Positions 55,681 through 64,000 of a stretch of DNA of 64,000 nt are shown piece after piece. A program made the translations under genes and the position numbers. The notes under the pieces were generated by a model. It worked only from the letters and a program-made list of their open reading frames with translations. It searched no databases and was not told the DNA's origin. The DNA is from Camelus ferus (lineage: Eukaryota), in the NCBI RefSeq assembly GCF_009834535.1, contig NC_045717.1:26908001-26972000 (forward strand). Direction: 5' to 3'. Each line of letters begins with the position of its first letter. Within the stretch, counting starts at the first letter, position 1.

Positions 55681-58230
55681 AATGTAAGTGGATTCCTGAT
55701 GGATTTCAAGGAAGGCCATACTGTCCCCTTGCCGGAGACAGAGCAGCTGTGTACTCCAGACCTTCATCGGGTGCGTTAGACAGCGCCACCTTGAACTATG
55801 CTTTTGGGGCCTTGTCAGCCGCAGCCAGCACCCCGGTGCCCGACAGGGCAGGAGAGGACACGGCCTGAAGCGTCGAGTTGGCGCCCGCAGCCCCAGGCGC
55901 TGCTCTTTCCCCCCCGCGGGCCTGGCGGTGAGCCCCGGGAGGAGGGCCCGGCCGCGTGGCCACCCTGCCAGCTGGTGACTGAGACCGCCCCGGGCAGAGC
56001 CAGGGCCCGTGTGCCGCGTCTGGGACCTCTGAGTGCCACGGGTCCAGGATGGCCCAGGCCTCTGCCCTTTGGAACTTTTCACCTGCACCCATCAGGCCGC
56101 CTGCCCCGGTTCACTCACCTGTGCCTGTTGATAGATACCAAGCCCTCGTGTCCAGAGGTCTGTGAGCGGGGCGGGCCCAGGAAAGCCCCCACAGGCCGTC
56201 TCGTCGGTGTCCCGGGCACGGCCCCTCCCCAAGCCTCGTCCAGTTCCTGCTCCCTTCCCTGGCTGTGTGGTTCTGCCCCTCGTGTGTTGCTGTCTTGCTG
56301 TGCCAGCGTTATTGAGCACTAGTGTACGCCAGGCACAGGGTCCCCGTGGGGAGCAGTAGGCTAGATGTGGCTGGGGGTGCTCCCTGCCCCCAGTTTCTGC
56401 TGATATGAGCACCTCTGTCTCTTGTCCCCCCTACCTGGCCCCGCCCCCGGGTTCTGGGAGCTCAGGCCTCATTCCCCAGGGGCCCTGTGTCTGTCAGCAG
56501 CCACTTTCAGAATCTGTCTGGCTCCCCGTGGCCTCCAGGCACAGTGGCTGCCTGTTAAGTGGTAATTGGTTCTCTTGTTTTCCTTCTGGAGATCAGAGGG
56601 AGGGTAGGCCAAGTGGCGGGAGGTCAACTCACGCTGCTATGTCAGGCTTTCCGGGGGTGGCCAAGCTCCGGGAGCCCCATTATCTGGGCTGGGGGCCTGT
56701 CTCCCTTCCACCTGCGGCAGCCACCGCACCAGAGGGAGGGTGACAGCATCCAGGGCCAGCACAGCCTGCGGCCGAGGTTGCGTCTGCTGGGAGGGGGTGG
56801 TAAGCCCGGGTCCGGCACCTGGATGTGCGCTCGCTGCCCGGAGGAGGGAGGTGTCTGTAAACCATTTGCTCTAACTGGAGGTGCAGGAGGAGGGCCTCTC
56901 CTCCGGGACCTTCCCACCCAAACCGCGCCCACACTGTCGGGTGGGGGCCATAAAAGGCTGTCCTTACTGGTTCCTGCACATTTTTTCTCGGCCTCTTATG
57001 ATCAGTTATGTCTCCCATACCTCATTTGACCATATGTTTTTAAGCAATTTGCCATTCTTAAGTCATTCTAAAGTCTTTAAACTAGTTAATTGTCTTAGAA
57101 AAATGAGTCTGTTTTCTTGCACTTACATGTCACTGGCCTAGCATTGAATTGTGGGGGTTTTACAACCTGGCCACTGTCCTCGGACGGCTCTGTGGAGGGC
57201 GGGCCCCTGGCCCCTCCCCTTGGGTCTGGGGGCTCGTGCCTGTTCCCACCTGCCCTGCGCAGTGGGAGTGGCGCCGTGTGGCCCTGAGGCTGGAGGGGAC
57301 CGGCCTGGCTCCTGGGCCCTCATCTGGGCCCCGGGGCCGCAAGGAAGCCCATGCGACGTGGGGAGGTGCGTGTGGGCGCTCAGTACACCTCACCCCACGC
57401 CTCCGGACACCTCCAGGCCCCGAGGCTCCAGTCACCTAGATGGTGGAGCCGGGACGAGCCCCCGTGCCCATAGGACCCCCAACCCTTGTAAGCTGCGCTC
57501 AGTGGACAGTGAATATGGAGAGGCAGGGGTTCAGCATTGCCAAGTCTGGGGCGGTTTGTTACGCGGCAGCAGATAACCAGAACATTTCGGGACTGCTGTG
57601 ACAAGCCCAGTGGGCTTCAGCGTGCCGGGCTGTCCAGAATCTTTGGCTCATCCGGGGCCATGGGGTGCTGCCTGCTGTGGGTCCTTCTGGAATGTCCTTC
57701 CTGGTTGAGAGGGGGTTGTGGTCCCACCTCTTAGGGCAGCAGCAGCACATGGTATCAGGGCGTGAAAGGGCGGTTCAGTCCGCGTGTCCCCATGCCCCTC
57801 CTTACAGATCAGGGAGCTGAGGCCGCCGTTCTCCAGAAGAGAAGTGGGAAGCAGCCCTGGACTCCCTCTGGCCAGTGGGGCACAGCCACGTGGCCCTCCC
57901 TGCGCTCCCTGTCCGTCCTGCCCTCCCCCGTGGCTTGGGGCGTCCCCTCACCGCCTCCCCCACAAGTGTCCAGGGGGTGTTGCTAGAAGCGGCCTGCAGG
58001 GTCACAAGGCTCTCAGATGGCTCTGTCACGCCTGGGTTTCCATTGTGACTGCAGAGCACCCCCCATAGGGTAGAAGGTATTAAGCCTAGGTCTCCTGCCT
58101 GGAAACACACAGACCCCTCCCCAGGCTGCATCTCCCACTCCATCTGGTCCTGCTCTGACCCTCCAGGCCCGGAGAGTCTGGGCCCCCAGCTCACCGACGG
58201 GGACAGTCTGCTTTCATCTGTACCCCCAGT

Positions 58231-58420
58231 GGTGTTGCCAAATAACACGCAGGATGCAGTTCAATTTGAATTTCAGGTGGACGATGCATACTGTCTTAGC
58301 ATAAATCTGTCCCAAATATTACATGGGATATACTTACGTTACACACAGTATTTGCTGTTTTTCTGAAATTCCCATTTAACTGGATGTCCTGTATTTTTAT
58401 TTGCTAAATCCAGTAATCCT
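58231..58420. mobile_element. Palindromic non-autonomous hAT DNA transposon (MER3-like)
   Basis: GTTGCCA...AATTTGAATTTCAG...TGTCCCAAATATTACATGGGATA...CTGAAATT...TTAACTGGATGTCCTGTATTTTTATTTGCTAAATC; internally inverted. Confidence 0.7.
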
Positions 58421-59677
58421 CCTGCACCCCACCCACCACCACCAAACTGGATCATTTCAAAGGCACTCCGTGGCGTCATGTTTCATTCAGGAAATACCTG
58501 TTGGATGAATGAGTCTGTCGTGGCTGACCCGCAGCTGTGTTTCCCTCTCCCCTCTTTTTCAAATGTGTACAACTTAAATTATGAAATTTGCAGCTAGGCT
58601 GAGGAAAGACTCAGACTTGTCATCAGAATGACTAGATGAGTGCCGTCCTGTCCAGTGGAGTATTTGGCTAAGGTCCTATGAGCAGGGCTGGGTCTTAGCT
58701 GTGTCTCCAGTACTCAGCCCAGGGCCAGGTACACAGTGGGCGTTTGACAAGTGTTTACATATGAATGAATGGCTCCCAGTTGAACCCTCCGTACAGGAAA
58801 ATGAAACCTGGCCACAGGTTCCGATTCTAGTCCCTGGTGGGGCACAGGGCTTCACCTCTCAGACCCTCTGTCTTTTTCAACCAAAGGGACTCCCTTAGTG
58901 GACCAGGCTTAACACCTGGGGCCTACTAGGTGCTGGGCTTCAGTGGCCCCTCATCCAAGTGGGAGAAGGGCCCTCTGTCACCTCCCAGAAGTGTGAAGTG
59001 AGACCCGGGAGGGCAGTGAGTCACCTGGACCCCCCAGTCAGTGTGGCTGCTCTGGGACTCCTTCCCGCTTTCCTCAGCCAGTGAACCTGGCAGCACCTAG
59101 GGGTGCCTATGAGCACAGGCGCCATAGCTCCGGGTTCAATTGCAGGCTTTGCTCAGGGGCGTCTGTGTGACCTCAGGAGAGTCACACGGTCTCTCTGAGC
59201 CTGCTTCCCGATTTGGGACTTGGGTCATAAGAACACAACTTCTCTGTGTACCTCAATCTCAGCCTAGAGCGGGATCTTGCACACGGAAGGCCTTCACGTT
59301 CTGCTTGGGGAGCAGAGGGAAAGCTGGACGTTCCCCGGACCCAGTGGACACCCACGCCCAGGGGGGCACCTCCCTGGGTTCGGGGCTCCTCCAATTTCCA
59401 GGGAAGAGTAAGAGCGCCACCGTGTGGCAGAGGTGTGAAGCAACTCCTGGCAGCTCCAGCCAGGCTTGAAAGGCGTCAGTTCCCTGGACTTTTGCCTCCG
59501 AAGGTCCCTCCGCCGGACACGCCGTCTCAGCCTTTCGGTCACCTCACCTCCTGGCACTGCATTACCAGGGCAAACGCTTTTGTTTGCTGATTGCGGCCAC
59601 CCCCTTGGCTCGCCTCCGTCTGCTCGCGCGCGCAGCTCGCAGTCAATACAGACAGGCTGGATGCAGGAAGGGTTGAC

Positions 59678-59683
59678 TTTATT
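59678..59683 (-). terminator. CFD poly(A) signal AATAAA
   Basis: TTTATT on + strand, about 40 nt after the stop. Confidence 0.85.
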
Positions 59684-59724
59684 GCTCGGCCCCACCCCCG
59701 CGACCGCCGCCCCGCAGGCCCTCC

Positions 59725-59886
59725 TTAGGCGGCTGCTCCCTCAGCCATCACGCCGTCGATCCAGGCTGCATAGCTAGCCAAACGCGTGTAGATGCCGGGC
59801 TTCTTGCGGTTGCCGCAGACTCGGGAGCCTGAGGTGACCACACCTTCGGCCACGCCCCCGCACACCAGCGGGCCTCCCGAGTCGCC
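59725..59886 (-). CDS. CFD: CFD exon 5 (coding part)
   Basis: [11 protein letters not shown]...[13 protein letters not shown]. Confidence 0.95.
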   Translation of the reverse strand, partial: GDSGGPLVCGGVAEGVVTSGSRVCGNRKKPGIYTRLASYAAWIDGVMAEGAAA

Positions 59887-61859
59887 CTGCGTGGGGTGGG
59901 GTGGGGTCGTGAGGTCTGGTGCAGGCCCGGCCGCAGGCGTCCGGCCCGCCCTCCCGTGTCGGGTGAGCTCCACCGGCGCCCGCTGCATTCCCGCTTGTCC
60001 CTCTGGCCGCAACCTGCTCCCAGCTGGAGCTGCCAGGAGTTGCTTCAGTCTCCCAGGGCCTTGCTCACTGCTGCGGGCTCTACCCACTAAGGCCCCGTCT
60101 CCCCGAATTTTGGCTCCGCCCCTCTCTGTCCCGGACCTGTCCCAGGCTCAGCCATCCGCCTCCTCCTCCGACCCTGCCCCCACTCCCCGCCCTCTCCAAG
60201 CCCAGGCCCCGCCTCGTACATACCCTCTTCCAGATCCCACCTCTCCTCCCAGCCCTATCTTGACGTCGGGCCAGACACGCTCACCCAGCCTGTCCCGTGA
60301 TTGACCCTCCCATCTGGGGCCCCGACACCTGTCTCGGGCCACGCCCACTCCTGGATCCATCCTGGTCAGTGCAAACTCCGCCCACGCGCTAAGCCCCGCC
60401 TCCCGCCCTGCCTTTCTGTCGTCCCCGCCCATCCGCGGGCCAGCCCCTTCTGTCCCCCATCCCTTCGCCTGGCCACACGCTCCATCACGCCCCTCCCCCG
60501 CTCGGCCCCGCCCCGCCGCACACCTTGCAGGTGTCCCGGCGGTTGCTCTCCGCGCACATCATGCGCTGGGTGATGGTGCCGTCATGGTACGTGCGCAGGT
60601 TGCAGGTGGCGCGGTCCATCACCGGCAGGAGCAAGTGCTGCAGGCGGTCGGGCCGGCGGCCCGTGTAGCTGACCACGCCCCAGCCGGCCACATCGCAGAG
60701 TGTGCCGGCCGCCACGTCTCGGTCCTCGCGCTGCCAGGGCAGGGGCTGCACGGCGGGGCCCAGCACGGCCTTCTCAGAGAGCTGGGGGACGGGGCGGAAG
60801 CCGGCATTAGGGTGGGGCGGGGGCGGGGGCGGGGGCGGGGGCGGGGGCCCGAGTGCAGGAGTGGGGACTGCGGAGAGACTTAGCAGACCTGCAGCAAGAG
60901 GAGGTCGTGGTCGATGGTGTCAGGTCGGCTGTCCGGGTGGGGCACTGCGCGGAGCACGTCGTACAGGCGCTTGGTGGGCTCCGGCTGCGACAGGGAGTGC
61001 GCGCCCAGGAGCACCTGCAGCTTCCCGTCGGCCCTGGGAGTGCGGTGGGCCCGCATCAGAGCCACGTCCTGGCCCCACCAAAACCCCCTTCGGGAACTTT
61101 GCCCCAGGCCACTCACACGTCCTCCAGGCAGTGCGCGGCGCTCAGCACCCACTGCTGGGCGGCGAGGAAGCCTCCGCACACGTGCTTGCCGTTCACCTGC
61201 ACCGAGGCCATGTAGGGCCGCGCGTGGGACTTGGCCTCTCTGCCGCCCAGGATCCGGCCTTGGGGCTGTGCTGCTGGAGGCAGGCAGGTCTGCGTGAGGC
61301 CTCCAGGGGTGATGGCAGCCCAGCCCTCAGATTCCCCCTATACCCCCGGGCAGCTCCAGCACCCCTCAGAACTGAAATGCCAGCCTTGGAATCCTCCCAG
61401 AGTTGCAAACTCCAGGGGCCCAGGGAGGAATGCCCAAGAAGACAGGTGGCAGTGAGGGACAGAGTCTGGGGCAAATTCCATACCTACACGTCCGGCCTAA
61501 CGGCTCCAACTGAAATATAAGAAAAACGGGACTGACCAAACTCACAGCCCCACCAGACAGCTGCCCCTTGGGCTGCAGGTTTTCCACTGTAGAGTTAGTC
61601 TCACTGTGCGCAAAAAGCTAGGGTCAAAATTTTGAGAATTCCTTGGTTTTCAGAGCCTTGTGTTCACGTGGACACCGCCACCTCTCTGCCTACTCAGTGG
61701 GGCTGGAGGACAGTTGTGTTCGATGGAAGGGGTCCCTCTGGCTGACTGCCCTGCAGGCCAGTGGCCCCCACAGCTGTCACACCAGGCCCAGGTCCACTCA
61801 CCGCATACAGCCACTCCCAGGAGGATCAGAGCCGCCAGGTGCAGCGAGCGGCCCGCCAT
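59725..61859 (-). CDS. CFD: Complement factor D (adipsin), 259 aa, join(61802..61859,61117..61273,60889..61033,60524..60781,59725..59886)
   Basis: Signal peptide [19 protein letters not shown], propeptide AQPQGR, mature ILGG start; catalytic motifs AAHC, DHDLLL and GDSGGP; C-terminus [21 protein letters not shown]. 780 nt in phase. Confidence 0.98.
60524..60781 (-). CDS. CFD: CFD exon 4
   Basis: [16 protein letters not shown]...RRDTCK; donor AAG|GTGTG. Confidence 0.95.
60819..60848 (+). repeat. (GGGGGC)5 G-quadruplex-type repeat in CFD intron 3
   Basis: Five exact units read directly, preceded by GGGTGGGGC. Confidence 0.9.
60889..61033 (-). CDS. CFD: CFD exon 3
   Basis: [19 protein letters not shown]...DHDLLLLQ; donor CAG|GTCTG. 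Confidence 0.95.
61117..61273 (-). CDS. CFD: CFD exon 2
   Basis: [25 protein letters not shown]...AAHCLEDV; tandem CAGCAG acceptor; donor GT|GTGAGT. Confidence 0.93.
61802..61859 (-). CDS. CFD: CFD exon 1 (coding part)
   Basis: Signal peptide; donor G|GTGAGT. Confidence 0.93.
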
Positions 61860-61860
61860 G

Positions 61861-61944
61861 GTGCTGCCGGGGCCTTGACACTGACCCAGGCGGGATGCTG
61901 GGGTGCTGCCGGGGCCTCGACACTGACCCAGGCGGGATGCTGGG
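61861..61944. repeat. 42-bp tandem duplication, 2 copies, 1 mismatch
   Basis: 61861..61902 and 61903..61944, both GTGCTGCCGGGGCCT(T/C)GACACTGACCCAGGCGGGATGCTGGG. Confidence 0.95.
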
Positions 61945-61949
61945 GCTGC

Positions 61950-61956
61950 TTTTATG
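61950..61956 (-). promoter_or_regulatory. CFD TATA-like box CATAAAA
   Basis: About 31 nt upstream of an Inr-like TCAGT (A at 61924); GC box at 61968..61974. Confidence 0.7.
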
Positions 61957-63784
61957 AGGCTGGAAGAGGGCGGGCACTCCCACAGGCCCTGTCTGCCAAG
62001 TGGGCAGAGACCCAGCTGGGCAAAGAGGAGCCTCCTGTCCATCCCCCCTGGGGTGGGGTGGGGGGTATCTCCTGCTGGAATTTTGTACCAAGAGTAGACA
62101 GGCTGCTGGGCGTGCCGGCTGCCTCTGAGCCTGGCCCAGGCCCGGCCCAGGCCCAGCCCGGCCCAGCCCAGGTGTGGAGAGCAGACCCTCAGGATGGGCA
62201 GCAGGCAGAGCAGAGGGATGGAACTGCCCCCCAGCCCAGTAACCCCAGAGTGCCCTTCCAGCCCCAGAGTTTCGCAACAGCAGCTGGAGACCACAGTTTG
62301 TAAACAACTCATTTCCTCATTTTCTGCCCCTCCCTTCTTTCTCTTCCTCTGGACACTTGGAGAAGAGGTCAGGTGGGGGAGGGGGAAGGTCTGCTGTGGC
62401 TCTGGGACTTGATACCCCAACAAGTAGAATATTGGAAAGGTAGCGTGTAGGGCAGCTGGAAAACCTGTTGGATACAAGTGATGGAAAAATCTAGTCGAAC
62501 TGAGTGGAGGAGCCTTCAACAAGGAAATTTAAATGGAAAGTTCCCGGTCTACCTTCAGGTGTAGCTTGTTCCAGGCACCTGAACAATGTTAGGTCTGTGC
62601 CTCTGGTTCCCCCCTTTCCTCTTTGATGGCTTTTTCCTCACCAGGCGCCCTCACTGTGACCTCAGGAGCCCCTCCGCAAATTCCCCATCCCTCTAGGCAA
62701 CATCTCAAGGCTGTCTCTGATTGGCCGAGCTTGGATCTCATGCTCCTAAACACTCATTGTGGGCAGGAGCTGATAGGTTCCAATGAGCGGAACCTGGGTC
62801 ACGTGGCCTCTGTAAGTTGGGGGTGGTGGGTCAGCATCTCCTGAACCTACTAAGAGAGGTGCTTCCTGCAACCAGAAGTGGGAGGGGACCTCGAACATAC
62901 CCAGTGGGGACAGTGTGCAGTATTTTTACTTTTACTTCTTTTTCTTTCACAGTGGACTATTTCATTTGTACAGAGAAAAATAGGAAACAACGTCACAAAT
63001 GTGACTGGTCAGATCCTAACATGCTTCCTGGCTAAAATCAGAAACTCTGACCAAAAGCCCATTGGGATGTGGAGTCCAGATTATGTAAGAGTATTGGAAA
63101 TTGCAACAAAGTTTGGAAATGACCCAACAAGACAGGACGGTTCAATAAATAACCCTGCTTGTCCCCGGATGCTTTGTTGACGCGGAAAGACGGACAGGGT
63201 GTAGTATTAAGTGGAAAAAGCAATTGCAGGGCAGCGGGTCACCTTTCTGAGCAGTGTGCATGTGTGTGTGCGGTGTGCCCAGGGGGCACCCGGTGGGGAG
63301 AGCAGGCGGGCAGAGGGAACAGCCAAAGTAAAGACCCTGGCGTGGGGCCCAGGCTGGTGGGGCCCACTGGGAGGAGAGCGGTGGGGGGACAGGGTGGGAG
63401 GGGTTTGTTCCCACCTTGCGCTGTGGCGGCAGGGTGAGGGAGGTGGCGTCCCTTCTCTCACTTGCTCGCTTGGGCGGCTGTTCCCCCACCACTAGACTGT
63501 GAGCTGCCTGATGAGAGAGGCCGTGTGTGTGCCGCGGTCCCCGCCTGTGGCCCCCAGGGGTTCCTCCCCAGGCTCAAGGAAACAGAAGAGGGTACTGGCT
63601 GGTCGCCTCCCCAGGCTGTGCCTCCCTTGGGGCTAGGTGACTCCTTGCAAAATACCTGCTCTGCTTTGCCGCCCTCCGCCCCCGACCCCACCAAGGCGAA
63701 GGCTGGGGAGGTGGAGGAGAGATCGTCTCCCCACCCAGTGAGGTCGAGGCTGGCCTGGGACCCCAGCTCCTGTCCGGATCCTTC

Positions 63785-63925
63785 CTAGACAGCACCTCAC
63801 TCTTCCCCATGGGGAAACTGAGGCTCAGAGACAGGGAGCAAGTTGCCCAAAGTCACAAAGCTGGGGCTGGAACCCAGGCTCCTGAATGCGACGTCACACT
63901 TCTCTGCACCTCCTCATCTGTAAAA
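63785..63925. mobile_element. MIR fragments (other short MIR/L2 remnants occur throughout, e.g. near 8150, 8280, 10480, 18260, 30630, 52280)
   Basis: MIR core GGGGAAACTGAGGCTCAGAG...TTGCCCAAAGTCAC and CCTCATCTGTAAAA. Confidence 0.65.
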
Positions 63926-64000
63926 CGGGGCCGCGAGGGCTGGAGACAGGAAGGGATGCGTGTGCACTTGCGGGGACGCAGTGGTTTCTGTGCCTCGTCA

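Larger units (their letters stand above)
59436..60047. repeat. Perfect 25-bp inverted repeat (arms 59436..59460 and 60023..60047)
   Basis: TGAAGCAACTCCTGGCAGCTCCAGC and its exact reverse complement GCTGGAGCTGCCAGGAGTTGCTTCA. Confidence 0.95.

Noticed and set aside
59414-59427. CTCF-like CCACACGGTGGCGC on the - strand downstream of CFD
   Set aside because: Two mismatches in the core; too weak to call without ChIP data.
62000-64000. Expected neighbour ELANE
   Set aside because: No serine-protease exons seen; by synteny it should end just beyond the right edge.

Overview
Mammalian genomic DNA, very GC-rich. It is most likely camelid, since it carries six copies of the tRNA-derived vic-1-type SINE. 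Gene order and orientation match human 19p13.3 read in reverse: ARID3A (-, 5' part only: non-coding exon 1 plus two coding exons, the rest lies left of the window), KISS1R (-, 5 exons, 399 aa), R3HDM4 (+, 8 exons, 272 aa), MED16 (+, 14 coding exons, 829 aa) and CFD (-, 5 exons, 259 aa). I read exon boundaries by eye: all are GT-AG and phases are consistent. Most long ORFs in the supplied track are GC-rich noise. Best second-look items: (1) a complete Pol III type-3 promoter (TATA, PSE, octamer) points into the 136-N gap next to MED16, so the gap almost certainly hides a U6 snRNA gene head-to-head with MED16; (2) a perfect 25-bp inverted repeat brackets the whole CFD terminal exon and its poly(A) signal; (3) a 42-bp tandem duplication covers the CFD start-site region; (4) the MED16 3' end is interrupted by an L1 and has no canonical poly(A) signal that I could find; (5) a triple nuclear-receptor half-site element lies upstream of KISS1R. 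Homology statements come from my recollection of the orthologues, not from searches. Repeat family names and motif calls are unverified.
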